DNA from: Blastocatellia bacterium AA13
GTDB taxonomy: Bacteria > Acidobacteriota > Blastocatellia > UBA7656
Direction of reading: 5' to 3'
Assembly (NCBI GenBank): GCA_003222245.1
Contig: QHVH01000021.1
Coordinates: 8,262-72,261, forward strand
Length of the DNA stretch: 64,000 nt
Part shown: positions 1 to 9,798 of the stretch, one piece after another
How the letters are laid out: every line of letters begins with the position of its first letter
How positions within the stretch are numbered: the stretch's first letter is position 1
Position numbers and translations under genes: made by a program
The notes under the pieces: generated by a model
What the model was told of the DNA's origin: nothing
What the model saw: the letters and a program-made list of their open reading frames with translations, nothing else
Databases searched by the model: none

Positions 1-1483
1 CGGCGGAGCGGCTGGCTTCGGCCAGATCAATCTCTCGTTGCCGGCGGGCGTCGAGATCGCCTACGCTTTGATCCTTCCGCACGCCAATGTCGCTTTTGGC
101 CAATGCCGCCGTCGCTCCAGCCGAGCTGACGCCGAACAACTGGCCCGCCTGCGCCTGTTGAGTTGCCTGCGTTCGCGCCCCATAGATCTGCCCGAGGCTG
201 GCTGTTAACGCACCGCGAGCAGCGGCCAATGCGGTCAGCTTTCTTGCTTGCACGCCGAGGTTCCCCGCTTCAAATCCGGCTCCAGCTCGGGTCACTTCGC
301 TCGAGTACGCTCCGTATGCGTGTGTTGTCTGTGCCTGCCGTTCGAGACTCGCCGCATGGCTGACTCCTGCTATCTCGACAGCGATTCCGGTCAAAGAAGC
401 CATCCAACCGCTGGCTACGCCTGATACGCCTTCGAACACCTGTCCTGATGCTATCCGATAGCTCAGGTACGGAGACGCAAACAACGCCAGCGCGCTCACA
501 AGCATGATCGCCGCTCCGATCAACGCCGGATATACAGCGCGCGACGGATCGCCTTCTATGCGGAGGGAGTCCGGGTTCAGCTTGAAGATTGGGTTGTTGA
601 AGTCTATCGCGCTCAATGGAACGTTGGCGGCGGCGTACGCGAATATTCCGACTATCGCCCCAACAGCCGGAGCAATCAGCGTGAACGCCGCCGCGCCCTT
701 CACATAGGGGTAAGCTACGTGGTGGGCCATCTTTTGATCTATGGCTATAGCAATGATGAACGGAGACGTAAGCCGCAGGGCTATCATAATGAACTGGCCG
801 AGCAGCAATAGAAACAAATCCGCGAACTCCATAAGCCCGCGAGAGACCGTCACCACGGTGAAGACCTGCGGCATGTTCCAGGATGAGGGATTCAGAGCCT
901 TGTCTATCGACTTGACCGGCGATTCATTGTCAGTCAACACACCGATCGGTCCCTTGTCGCCTTGGACGGTGAATCCGGCATCCAGAAACTTCTTGTAGTT
1001 CTCTTCAAACTTCTGGCCTTGATTGTCGTACGCCGCCTTGATCGGCGTGTCCCAGACGACCGACTGGCCCATCTTCTCCATGGTGTTGAGAATCGTAGGA
1101 CCCGTGCCGAACAGGATCATGCAGACCACGAGCCTGCCTACCCAGTAGTAGAGTTCCTTCGATCCGCCGTCGTTCTCTCGGAGGACGCGGGCGAAGCTCA
1201 GCATCATCACCAGGGCCGCTAACAACATCGACAGGTTTTCAAACTCGCTCATTAATGGGCTTTCGACCTGATCGCGGATCAGCGGGACGAGCTCCGCAGC
1301 TTTTTCGACCAGCCGAGCCATTTCGGTTGCGAAGTCACCCCCGGTCGGCGGCGGCGATTGTGCTCGCGCGGTTGATGCGCCCAGCCCCATGATCGCCGCC
1401 GCCAGCAGGAGCTTCGACAAAGCCTGGAAGCCCGTTCGAGTCAACAATCGCGGCGTTCTTTTCTTTTCAATCCTGTGCATCAT
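1..1483 (-). CDS. TrbL/VirB6-like polytopic membrane protein, partial (stop lies beyond the left edge, so it is absent from the ORF track)
   Basis: My translation of the minus strand from the ATG at 1483 gives MMHRIEKKRTPRLL..AAAIMGLGASTARAQ (signal-like). Several long hydrophobic segments follow (LVVCMILFGTGPTIL, LLLLGQFIMIALRLTSPFIIAIAI, AAFTLIAPAVGAIVGIFAYAAA), and the frame stays open to position 1. It sits after the TrbJ-like gene, matching trbE-trbJ-trbL order. Confidence 0.6.
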   Translation of the reverse strand, partial: MMHRIEKKRTPRLLTRTGFQALSKLLLAAAIMGLGASTARAQSPPPTGGDFATEMARLVEKAAELVPLIRDQVESPLMSEFENLSMLLAALVMMLSFARVLRENDGGSKELYYWVGRLVVCMILFGTGPTILNTMEKMGQSVVWDTPIKAAYDNQGQKFEENYKKFLDAGFTVQGDKGPIGVLTDNESPVKSIDKALNPSSWNMPQVFTVVTVSRGLMEFADLFLLLLGQFIMIALRLTSPFIIAIAIDQKMAHHVAYPYVKGAAAFTLIAPAVGAIVGIFAYAAANVPLSAIDFNNPIFKLNPDSLRIEGDPSRAVYPALIGAAIMLVSALALFASPYLSYRIASGQVFEGVSGVASGWMASLTGIAVEIAGVSHAASLERQAQTTHAYGAYSSEVTRAGAGFEAGNLGVQARKLTALAAARGALTASLGQIYGARTQATQQAQAGQLFGVSSAGATAALAKSDIGVRKDQSVGDLDARRQREIDLAEASRSA

Positions 1484-1518
1484 GTCAATCCCTGTTTTTA
1501 TTCGCTTTTTGCTTTCTG

Positions 1519-2481
1519 TCAGTCTCGATTGCGCAGCTTTTCCCGGACCTGCTGCTTGGCATCGACCAGTTTCTGCCAGCCGTCTTTGAGCGTCGTCACC
1601 TGTGAGCCAAACCGCAGCCGGGCTTCTTCTCTTTCGGCGATGCGCTCCGTTCTCTCGATAATCTGCTGGCGGAGCTGTTCGATCTGGGCGTTCGTCTGTT
1701 CCTGTTGTTGGCTGGCTTGAAAGATTTGAATAGAGAGCGCTTGAATCTCTCGATCCTTCTCGGTGCACTCCTCGCAGTTCTTGAGCGCCTCCAACTGATC
1801 CTGCATCTGCTTGATGTGCTCTTCGGCTTCGGCCCGGTTGTTACTCAAGCGCTTGATGTCGTAGCTCGCCCGGTTGATCGTATTGTCCATCTTTTCGAGC
1901 CGCTCCATATTCGCCAGCGCATCCTGACTCGTGCGGCCTATTCCGTTACGCAGATAGTCTTCAAGGTCGCGCCGATCCGCTTCTGGGTCGAAGATGCCGT
2001 TCCTCAAGCGGTCGTCGATGTCCTTGAGCGCCCTGACTTGACCGACAACCAAACCTTCTACAAGGCGCTTTACGCGGAACGATGTTCGTATCGTCTGACC
2101 GATGCTGCTAATCAGGGTCAATGTATTCTTATGGAAACCGAGATGGGCTTCTGCGGTCTTCAATACGCCGGTGAGTGTGGTCAACTGCTGAACCGCGTTC
2201 TCGTACAGCCTTATATAATGGTCCAGAGTCTGAACCCAGCGAGCGGCTTCTTCCACTCTCTTCTCAAGCTGTAGAGCATAGGCAATTGGGTCGTGAACGA
2301 TGCCCCCGAATATCTGAGCGCGGCCAGGTACAGGCATCAGTGGGATCATCAGCGCCACTGCCAAAACTATGGCCCCGGTCTTTCTTTTGATCGCCGTTTG
2401 AATCGGCCTGCGAATCGATCTGAAGATAGGTCTCTTCACAAAGCGTTGACGGAATTTCGGAAATGATCTCATCGTCTTCAT
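1519..2481 (-). CDS. TrbJ/VirB5-like secreted coiled-coil protein
   Basis: 320 aa with an N-terminal hydrophobic segment (GAIVLAVALMIPLMPVPGRAQ), then heptad-rich Q/E/R/L sequence. It lies between the VirB4 and TrbL-like genes. The assignment is mainly positional. Confidence 0.45.
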   Translation of the reverse strand: MKTMRSFPKFRQRFVKRPIFRSIRRPIQTAIKRKTGAIVLAVALMIPLMPVPGRAQIFGGIVHDPIAYALQLEKRVEEAARWVQTLDHYIRLYENAVQQLTTLTGVLKTAEAHLGFHKNTLTLISSIGQTIRTSFRVKRLVEGLVVGQVRALKDIDDRLRNGIFDPEADRRDLEDYLRNGIGRTSQDALANMERLEKMDNTINRASYDIKRLSNNRAEAEEHIKQMQDQLEALKNCEECTEKDREIQALSIQIFQASQQQEQTNAQIEQLRQQIIERTERIAEREEARLRFGSQVTTLKDGWQKLVDAKQQVREKLRNRD

Positions 2482-2492
2482 CCTTTCAGTTG

Positions 2493-5384
2493 TTATGAAT
2501 CAATTGTTAAGGGACTATGCCGGACTCGTTCTCTTGTCTGGTTCTCCAGAAGAAGCGACTCGTCTATCTCGACAAGCCTCTCGGCAGTCAGTCCGCGCGG
2601 GTACTGCATTGCCAGCCACGCGATACACTCAGCCAGCGTCCAGCCGGACTTGAGTCTGGTTACTCGGGCTCGGGCGTTCCGCTCGTCAGGGTTGCTGGTG
2701 AACGTCCACAACTCCATCGGCGATAAATCCACCTGGATCATCTCGACGATCTTGTCGTCGCCCGCCCCTATCGCCAGAAGAAACTGGGCGTGAGAGCCAG
2801 GCAGGTTTCGAATTCCGTTGATCGCCCCGACCGCTACGGGGGCGAGACCGGCGTCGGTAACGAGGCTGTCGTACTCGCCGATTTGCTTTCCCACGATCTT
2901 AACGCCTGCTGTTTTTGTCAGGTCGTGAACACCCTCGAAGTCCTGATAGCCCTGGCTTGCCAGCATCGTGACTACGTTCTCTTTTCTGCCCATCCGGGCC
3001 CCCTTCTTTATGACCTTCAGGATCGCGGGATACCGGTCGACTATCTTGTGAACCTCATCGAAAGCCAAAAGCGTCGGCGACCTCGTGCCGTCCTCATTCA
3101 GCCGGCCGATGGATCGCGTGACTTTCGCGGCGACTCTGAAAGCGAGTGACTCCTGGACCCGCGGAGGAAACATCTCGAGGCTGTCGAGTTCGTAGACATC
3201 GAAGGGCGAATCCACCGCGAAGTCGAGATGAGTGGGCGCGTCAAGCCAGGGATGGTCCCGGAACCGCTCCAAAGCAAGGCTCAAGGATTCCGCCCGCTCC
3301 TGCGCCGCCCGGTGCTTGAACGGATAGCTCTTCAGAAGCTCAAGGAGATGGACATGAGTAGGTTCATGCTTTGGGAGATCCTTGCCGTTGCGGGGCGCTT
3401 CGTTCTTGTAGACTTCAGTGACAAGAGTATTGAGAATGTCTTCGGCCAACGAGTCGGTCTCACGGGCCTGAGCCAACTGCATCAGGTCACCGACGACAAA
3501 GCCAATCTGAACTTCATCGGGTGGGTCGCCGTTATCAAGCCCCTCGTAGTCCCAGACGTTGATCGTTCGGGTATCGCTCAGATTGAACCGGAGATGACGG
3601 CCCTTGAGTACGTCTACAAGCGGCCCCATCGACTCGCCGAAATCGACCGCCCGTACTCGGGCTTCCCTTCGGCTGCCGAGCACGTCGGTAATAGTCCGGG
3701 CCATCAGGACGGACTTGCCGCCCCCGGGCGCCGCTACAATCAGTACCAACGGCGAAGGGATGAGCGCCCGGTCGTAGAGGTCGAATCCGATCAGCCGGCC
3801 GCTGGGCGTTGAGAACAGGGTATGAGGCCGCAGCGAGCCCTCCCATATCGATTCACTCGGAACAAGTGGAGCCAGCGAGTGCGCGGTCTCCGTTATCTCC
3901 CGCCCTGTGGGCCGCGAGTCGCACTCGCCAACAAGAGCCCGGTGATAGACGGCTCGCAGGGCTGCGGGTTCCTCTCTAGATGCATCAGCTCCGGGCATCC
4001 TTCGCATGGCGCTGACCAGTTCCTCGCAATAACCGTTGAGCAAGGACGCCGACTCGACGAGCTCGACTTCGTCTCTTGCCGGCGGAGCGTAGATGACTGC
4101 GTAGATACGAGCTTTCACCACGGCCTCGCGCTCGCCAGTCAGCTCACTCCGTACGCTTTGAAGATCGGCCATCGCCGCGTGTGCTTCGGGTGTTTCTCGA
4201 ACACGCCCGTCCGCGCGCAACCTCGTCCTGCGAACCTGCCGAATCCGCTTATCAAGAAGCTTCACGGCCTTTCGCTGATCGGGATAAACAAACTCGGCGA
4301 CGATGGTATGGCGGAAGCTCAATTCGCTATCGAGCACGAGCGACCGCAGAACGTCCGCCTGAACCGCGGGCTGAGGCGGGACGAACATGCTCACGACTGC
4401 TGCCGGATGCGACCCGTGCAGCATGAAAGGCCCCTGTGACGAGATGGTCTCTCCGCACAGGTAATCTCTGAGATCGAGACCCGGTTCGTCGGGTAGGATC
4501 GGCGTCCCTCTCGCGTCCTGACTGTGACCCAGGTAGACCGCTGCCCAAAGCTCATCGCGGGTGAGCCGCTTCATCTCAAGAGGACTCTCTCGCTCGACCA
4601 ATCGGAAAACTCGCTCGGCTTCGGCTCGTGCTTCTCGTTCGTCGCCTTCGATACGGCGGACGATCCCGTCGTCGGAGCTTGCCTCGTAGCCCGCTGCAAT
4701 TGCTCCGGTGAGCTTCATCCATCCGTGGCGCTTGATTTCGCGGCGCATCGCTGGAACGAAGGTGTTCAGACCGTTCGAATGGGCGTCGCTTTTGTGCTTG
4801 ACCGGCACTCGCACCCACAGCGTCAATACTGTCTGCTTGAACGCACCCCGCAGCGCGGCTTCCTGGTAGTACTCGACCCCGAGGTTATGAAAGAGCGCGG
4901 CTTCGGCATGCGTCCGGCCCTCGTCACGGGTTGCGACGTGCCGCAGTATCGCCCTTCCCGGATCGACTCCAACCGAAAGCCTAAACTGAAGCACCGTGCC
5001 CGGAGGCTTCCTGACGGCTAAGAGTCTCGCAATGGCGTCGGCTCGCGCTTCGATGACGTGATCTTCTCCGTACACTGTAGGGGCAAGCTCGACCCGATAG
5101 CCCATCGTGTATGAGCCGTCCGAATGTCTGAGCGCCGAGTCATAGAGGCCTACAATTGATGCATCGCGCTTGCGGCCGGGCGGCGAGCCAAGATGCCGCC
5201 GCTCCATCTCCAGCATCTCGATGTCGTCAAGGATGACAGCCTCATTGCCGGCTTCGAAGCGCTTCAACTCGCCGCGAGCGCCGGCGTACATGGGAATCAG
5301 CCGAACGGCGCTTCCCAGCCCAATTCCCAACGCGGCAATCCCTGCCGCGCCTGCAATGATCAACCCAGGCTCCATAAGCATCAC
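2493..5384 (-). CDS. virB4: Type IV secretion ATPase VirB4/TrbE
   Basis: 963 aa. Walker A 'VAAPGGGKSVLMA', Walker B 'LLAFDEVHK', an N-terminal TM segment and a T4SS context. Confidence 0.9.
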   Translation of the reverse strand: MMLMEPGLIIAGAAGIAALGIGLGSAVRLIPMYAGARGELKRFEAGNEAVILDDIEMLEMERRHLGSPPGRKRDASIVGLYDSALRHSDGSYTMGYRVELAPTVYGEDHVIEARADAIARLLAVRKPPGTVLQFRLSVGVDPGRAILRHVATRDEGRTHAEAALFHNLGVEYYQEAALRGAFKQTVLTLWVRVPVKHKSDAHSNGLNTFVPAMRREIKRHGWMKLTGAIAAGYEASSDDGIVRRIEGDEREARAEAERVFRLVERESPLEMKRLTRDELWAAVYLGHSQDARGTPILPDEPGLDLRDYLCGETISSQGPFMLHGSHPAAVVSMFVPPQPAVQADVLRSLVLDSELSFRHTIVAEFVYPDQRKAVKLLDKRIRQVRRTRLRADGRVRETPEAHAAMADLQSVRSELTGEREAVVKARIYAVIYAPPARDEVELVESASLLNGYCEELVSAMRRMPGADASREEPAALRAVYHRALVGECDSRPTGREITETAHSLAPLVPSESIWEGSLRPHTLFSTPSGRLIGFDLYDRALIPSPLVLIVAAPGGGKSVLMARTITDVLGSRREARVRAVDFGESMGPLVDVLKGRHLRFNLSDTRTINVWDYEGLDNGDPPDEVQIGFVVGDLMQLAQARETDSLAEDILNTLVTEVYKNEAPRNGKDLPKHEPTHVHLLELLKSYPFKHRAAQERAESLSLALERFRDHPWLDAPTHLDFAVDSPFDVYELDSLEMFPPRVQESLAFRVAAKVTRSIGRLNEDGTRSPTLLAFDEVHKIVDRYPAILKVIKKGARMGRKENVVTMLASQGYQDFEGVHDLTKTAGVKIVGKQIGEYDSLVTDAGLAPVAVGAINGIRNLPGSHAQFLLAIGAGDDKIVEMIQVDLSPMELWTFTSNPDERNARARVTRLKSGWTLAECIAWLAMQYPRGLTAERLVEIDESLLLENQTRERVRHSPLTIDS

Positions 5385-5459
5385 CTCAGATTCGATGTTG
5401 ACATCGGCACAAAACAGCCCCCGCCATGCTCCTCGCAGGCTTTTCTCCAGACAGACTTC

Positions 5460-5795
5460 TCATCCAGCTCTTATCCAGTGACGGCCCCCGCGAATTCGGT
5501 CTATCGGCAGCCGCCTGCGATGATCCGCGGATTGCACCAGCGCCCGTACGTTGTGTTGCAGCCAGTGCGGTTTCTTGCCGACTCGAATCACGTTTAGCAC
5601 GGCGATGGTCACCATCATCGCAACCACGGTCGTTACGAGTTCCAGCGGTATCTTCCACAGGGTGAGATCGAGCAGGTATGGAATCATGTAGGCGACGAGG
5701 CCCGACGCAAGCACGAATTTCCAATCGCTTGATACAACTCCGAACACCGTCACCGGCAGATAGATCTGTGATCGAACCGGACGTGGCCGCAGCAT
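5460..5795 (-). CDS. VirB3/TrbD-like small membrane protein
   Basis: 111 aa with two hydrophobic helices, immediately upstream of virB4. Confidence 0.5.
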   Translation of the reverse strand: MLRPRPVRSQIYLPVTVFGVVSSDWKFVLASGLVAYMIPYLLDLTLWKIPLELVTTVVAMMVTIAVLNVIRVGKKPHWLQHNVRALVQSADHRRRLPIDRIRGGRHWIRAG

Positions 5796-5829
5796 CTTTG
5801 GTCAACCCCCTTCTCAGTGGTCACGAACG

Positions 5830-6279
5830 CTACTGACCTACATCGGTATCCACATCGACCGCCTGACCCTTGGCGAAGCTGTAAGCCAATGAAGCGATGC
5901 CGCCAAACGCCATCGACGCTCCTCCGCCAATGAATTGCCGCGCGTATGGCTTCTCCAGGAAAATGTTTATCGTTCCCCAGGCGACCGCGCCGATGCCGAT
6001 AAGGAACAGGATGTTCCTCGCCCAGCGAATCGCTTCCCGCACGCCGTTGCCAACGGTCTGATCCGAGCCGCCGAAGATGCTGCCTCCAGGCGCTTGCGCC
6101 AGCACCGGACAGGTCAAGACAACGGCCAGAAGAATCAACACCAACAGCGGCTCAACAACTCTTATGAACATCGCCGCTCGAATGAGCCTCTCTCCGCCTC
6201 GTGCAACGCACGAATCCAGAATCTCTTCATCGAGCCCAATCAGCGGCCGAGCGAGCCTGCTTCTCATTTGCTTCCACAT
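5830..6279 (-). CDS. VirB2/TrbC-like pilin precursor (true start probably the internal Met at 6171)
   Basis: Signal-like 'LLVLILLAVVLTCPVLAQA' followed by two hydrophobic helices and a small Gly/Ala-rich core. It is the first gene of the minus-strand operon. Confidence 0.5.
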   Translation of the reverse strand: MWKQMRSRLARPLIGLDEEILDSCVARGGERLIRAAMFIRVVEPLLVLILLAVVLTCPVLAQAPGGSIFGGSDQTVGNGVREAIRWARNILFLIGIGAVAWGTINIFLEKPYARQFIGGGASMAFGGIASLAYSFAKGQAVDVDTDVGQ

Positions 6280-6377
6280 ACACGTACCTCCATCGCGTTC
6301 GTACTTGGCCGCCCAAGATCAAAGCGGCCGACGCGCTTCAGTTGCGTCCGCGCTTAAAACAAGATTCCTTTCGCACT

Positions 6378-6395
6378 AGCCTGGCCGGCCAGGCT
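6378..6395. promoter_or_regulatory. Perfect 18-nt palindrome in the divergent promoter region between the two T4SS operons
   Basis: 'agcctggccggccaggct' is its own reverse complement. It lies between the pilin-like gene (minus) and the transglycosylase gene (plus). Candidate operator. Confidence 0.35.
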
Positions 6396-6519
6396 TCCTG
6401 GCGACACTGGGCTAGATCAAAAGGCGTGCCAGATTCGAGCTCGGTACGGATTGAGAGGTGACGGCCTTCGCGTAACCGTCATCGGATGCCAAGGCACCGC
6501 CGTTGCCTGTGCCGCAGGT

Positions 6520-7137
6520 ATGAAAGTGGTGCTGCTCTTCTCTCTGTTGCTGCTTGCGACTTCTACGGCGGCGAACGCCCGCAGCTACAATACGCCGCAG
6601 AGGTCCAAGGTGCTGCGGCGTGCGGTCCTCTATGATGCGGCGATCAAAGCAACTGCCGCGCGATACTCTGTAGACCCGCGGCTGCTCTGGACCATCGCGT
6701 ATCTGGAGTCGGGGTTTCAACCCGAGGCCGTCTCACGCAAGGGCGCTCGCGGGTTGATGCAGTTCATTCCTTCTACTGGGCGGAAATACGGCTTGGTGAC
6801 CATCGCCCAACTGCACGATCCTCTTCGATCCATCGACGCAGCGACAAGATTCGTAAGGGACTTGAGCCGACAGTTCGACGGCCGTATTGACCTCGTTCTT
6901 GCCGGCTACAACGCGGGCGAACGTGCGGTGATAAACGCAAACAATGAAGTGCCCCGTTACCGCGAGACCCGAGCGTACGTAGCTCGAGGACTGTCGATCT
7001 TCAGGCGAATTTGCCAGGGAGCCCCGCTTGATCCGATTCTTACTCGAAGAGCCGGAGTCGCCAAGAAACCGATTGAGCGCCGCCAGGCGGTTCCTTCAAA
7101 AGCGCAGCCGAGCCGGTCGATCTACTTCTCGCCGTAA
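6520..7137 (+). CDS. Soluble lytic transglycosylase (VirB1-like)
   Basis: SLT motif 'AYLESGFQPEAVSRKGARGLMQFIPSTG'. Signal peptide 'MKVVLLFSLLLLATSTAANA' from the ATG at 6520 (the longest ORF starts at 6451). Confidence 0.85.
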   Translation: MKVVLLFSLLLLATSTAANARSYNTPQRSKVLRRAVLYDAAIKATAARYSVDPRLLWTIAYLESGFQPEAVSRKGARGLMQFIPSTGRKYGLVTIAQLHDPLRSIDAATRFVRDLSRQFDGRIDLVLAGYNAGERAVINANNEVPRYRETRAYVARGLSIFRRICQGAPLDPILTRRAGVAKKPIERRQAVPSKAQPSRSIYFSP

Positions 7138-7179
7138 CTCATACCGCTTCAGCATCTTTCCTCATGGTTGTCTGACCCT

Positions 7180-7230
7180 CTTAAATACTGACCACGCCTT
7201 AATACTGACGACGCCTTAATACTGACAGCG
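7180..7230. repeat. Three tandem 17-bp repeats
   Basis: 'cttaaatactgaccacg', 'ccttaatactgacgacg' and 'ccttaatactgacagcg' lie back to back, about 45 bp after the transglycosylase stop. Confidence 0.8.
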
Positions 7231-7325
7231 CTGTGCAACGAACCTGAGAACGGAGCCTGCCCGCAATCGGCTACAGTCGACTTCCCTGCGCGAAGCCGCT
7301 GTCAACCACGCCCCGGCATCTTCGT

Positions 7326-7402
7326 GCCGCTTCCGGCTCGCTCTTGGCGCTAACGCAACCCGCTCTCGCCGCTTTCCGGCGCGCCGTTGCCGCTTTTCCG
7401 GC
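7326..7402. repeat. Three dispersed copies of the GC-rich motif GCCGC-T(n)-CCGGC
   Basis: 'gccgcttccggc' (7326-7337), 'gccgctttccggc' (7368-7380) and 'gccgcttttccggc' (7389-7402). The T-run length is 2, 3 and 4. Confidence 0.7.
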
Positions 7403-7628
7403 GTTCTCCAGCCGGTTGCCGGGACAGGCGCGCCACACGAGTCTCTCTAACCTGCGGTGACCGATGGCGTCTCCGCCCAATAGCAGAGTCCTATTCGCGC
7501 GTTTTCCAATGGCTCTGGCTTCATGTTGTGCGTTGCGTCAATGCGTCGATTGAGGCTCTCCGCAGTGGAACACAAATTGTCTTACCCGGCTGCGTGACTG
7601 CTCACCACTTGCAGCGTGTATATCAATA

Positions 7629-8420
7629 ATGACGATTGGAACCCACCGGTTCAATAAAGGAGGGACTGCTTTGAATAGAGCCGAACACGAAGATCTCGAC
7701 CAGATAGATAATGACCAAACCGGTCGCGGCGTTGCGCTAGCTTCAAAGTCAAAGCTCCCCAGCCAGAAGTCATTCACAAAGACATTCTCGCTCTACCGCG
7801 ATCCCCAGGATGTCCGCACGGTCATCCAGCTTGCCCGCAGCGGCATCGTCCTGACTCTACTTCTGCTCGCGAGCGTCGCCGCCAACTTCTATCAGTACTA
7901 TCGCAGGCCGGATCGCATTGTCGTCGATAAGTCCACTGGACGCGTGGTCGAGATCAACGACCGGGACTACGGCGAAACCGAAGCCGTGCAACTCGGCCCG
8001 GAGCACCTTACCGACGCCGACAAGAAGTACATCTCCTCCGAATTCGTGAGGTCTCTTTATCAGATCGATCCCGCTACCAGATCCAAAGACATCGAGCGGG
8101 CTCTAAGAATGATGCTGCCCGACAGCGCGCTGAAGTTCGCCCGGTACCTGAAGCAAGAAAGCATCCTAGAGAAACAGCTTCAGGAGAGTTGGCAAAGCGC
8201 CTGGACCGCGCAGGACATCACGGTCGATTCCAAAGACCGATACACGGTCAGGGTTATTGGCCGGCAGGAAATCCACCGGCTCGATAACGGCGTTGCCGTG
8301 GATGCCCCGCGCCAGCTTAGCCTTTCGCTGAAACTAATCGCAGACCCAAAGGGAAGGGCCGACCGCAATCTCCGTTCGGGCTTCCTCATCGGAAGCTTCG
8401 ACTACAAGGAAATTCAGTAG
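7629..8420 (+). CDS. VirB8/TrbF-like bitopic membrane protein
   Basis: 263 aa with a single TM (IVLTLLLLASVAANFYQYY) followed by a roughly 170-aa globular domain. It precedes the VirB9/VirB10-like genes. The start is uncertain. Confidence 0.5.
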   Translation: MTIGTHRFNKGGTALNRAEHEDLDQIDNDQTGRGVALASKSKLPSQKSFTKTFSLYRDPQDVRTVIQLARSGIVLTLLLLASVAANFYQYYRRPDRIVVDKSTGRVVEINDRDYGETEAVQLGPEHLTDADKKYISSEFVRSLYQIDPATRSKDIERALRMMLPDSALKFARYLKQESILEKQLQESWQSAWTAQDITVDSKDRYTVRVIGRQEIHRLDNGVAVDAPRQLSLSLKLIADPKGRADRNLRSGFLIGSFDYKEIQ

Positions 8421-8438
8421 AACCGACAAGGAGACTCA

Positions 8439-9773
8439 ATGCATTCCGCTACGATGACCCTGATCCTGCTTGCTCTTTCTCTGATGGGCGCGCCGGCAAG
8501 CGCTCTTGCCCAGACACAAGCAGAGCCGAGTCAAGCCAAACAAGCAGCGCAACCTGGAGCGCTTAAAACTCCGGCCTCCACAAAGCCGACCCGAAAGGCA
8601 AAGCCGCGCACAAGGCGCTCACTCGTTTCAAAGCTGCCAGATGCTATTCAGCCATCACCGCCGGCCGTGTCGCTGGTCTCCGGCCCTCCTGAATACCTCG
8701 CAGGCGAAGCGAGCGTTATCGTCAAAGGAAACGAGAATCCGATAGTGCGGCTGGGCCTGGCGGCGTCTGGGGTGACTCTCATTGAGTTTCCAGCTTCGGA
8801 CCGGTTCTTTGCCTTGCATCCCGGCAACTCCGATATGGTCACAATCGACGAGTCGCCCACGAAACAAAGCGATCACTTCTTCGTCTTCCGGGCCGGGAGC
8901 ACGTTTGTTATTCCTCCCGCTTCGCACGGGTCCGCGGGACCGGCGGCCTCGATCATTGCCCAGATGCGTTCGGGTATGGTCGTGACGTTATTGATCTATC
9001 CCGTCCGCGAGCTGCAACAGATGGCTCATCGCGTGGTCATTCTGTATGACCGGGCCGAAGTAGTAGCGGCCCGCCGCGCGGCCGGCCTCGCAGTCAATCT
9101 CGAAGAGAGGCTAGACGAGCGCCGCCCACGTTCAATCAGAATCGCCGGCCAGCCCCTCGCTGAGATTCCGGAGCTTGCGGGCGACGGCGACAATCAAGAG
9201 GGGAGACCGCGAAGTGCCGGCGGCAACCACGGTGACCGGCCGTCAGACAATGGCGCTTCACGAGTCACGACTCCGCCCGGTTCTTCCGAACGATCCTCTG
9301 TCTCCGACTCCGGTAAGAGAGCCGGCCGCGACCTCGAGTCCGAAGCCCGCAAGGCTCTGAAGCTTGCCATTACTTCATCGAAGTTCAAGAACTGGACCGA
9401 GGCCCGTCACGGTCTGTCAATCGCAACGTCGATTCCGAAAGGCTTCAATGAGAAAGACGGCGCGGCCATAGTCATCGTCGCCGTTTCAAACATTCTGCCC
9501 GAGCCGCTGAGCGTCGTGCCCGGCCAGCCGGATCTGTCGGTTGAGACTCGCGACGAGGACGGCAAGAAGACCTTGCTCGTCGAACAGATGAAGCCCTTAT
9601 ACGTCCAGTGCTCCGGAATCGGCGACTCGATACCGGCCCGTTCGACTCTCTACTACGCAATTGTCTATCGCAGGCCGGTGCTCGGCATTCGCCAACACCT
9701 GCGCGTGACCGTTGGACAGACGAACGCCGCCGACGATCCAGCCGTGGCCGATCTCACTACATCAAGCCGATAG
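8439..9773 (+). CDS. VirB9/TrbG-like secreted protein with a long low-complexity linker
   Basis: Signal peptide 'LILLALSLMGAPASALAQ' and a beta-rich segment 'VIVKGNENPIVRLGLAASGVTLIEFPASDRFFALHPGNSDMVTIDESP' typical of VirB9/CagX N-domains. Positional support. Confidence 0.55.
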   Translation: MHSATMTLILLALSLMGAPASALAQTQAEPSQAKQAAQPGALKTPASTKPTRKAKPRTRRSLVSKLPDAIQPSPPAVSLVSGPPEYLAGEASVIVKGNENPIVRLGLAASGVTLIEFPASDRFFALHPGNSDMVTIDESPTKQSDHFFVFRAGSTFVIPPASHGSAGPAASIIAQMRSGMVVTLLIYPVRELQQMAHRVVILYDRAEVVAARRAAGLAVNLEERLDERRPRSIRIAGQPLAEIPELAGDGDNQEGRPRSAGGNHGDRPSDNGASRVTTPPGSSERSSVSDSGKRAGRDLESEARKALKLAITSSKFKNWTEARHGLSIATSIPKGFNEKDGAAIVIVAVSNILPEPLSVVPGQPDLSVETRDEDGKKTLLVEQMKPLYVQCSGIGDSIPARSTLYYAIVYRRPVLGIRQHLRVTVGQTNAADDPAVADLTTSSR

Positions 9774-9798
9774 CAATACCCCGAACACAGGAGACGAA

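Noticed and set aside
163-1222. Four plus-strand ORFs (163..363, 504..707, 741..998, 962..1222)
   Set aside because: They lie antisense to a long, uninterrupted minus-strand frame encoding a polytopic membrane protein (TrbL-like). Their products are low-complexity shadow translations.
1705-5021. Plus-strand ORFs of 165-205 aa (1705..2274, 3228..3812, 3822..4439, 4524..5021)
   Set aside because: They are antisense to the TrbJ-like and VirB4 genes, whose motifs are clear. These are typical GC-rich shadow ORFs rich in Arg, Pro and Ala.
7180-7230. Possible CRISPR array
   Set aside because: There are only three 17-bp units, directly abutting with no spacers, and no cas genes in the window.
9712-9798. 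N-terminal extension of the VirB10-like ORF
   Set aside because: It overlaps the end of the VirB9-like gene. A better start (ATG at 9799 with an upstream 'aggag') follows the VirB9 stop.
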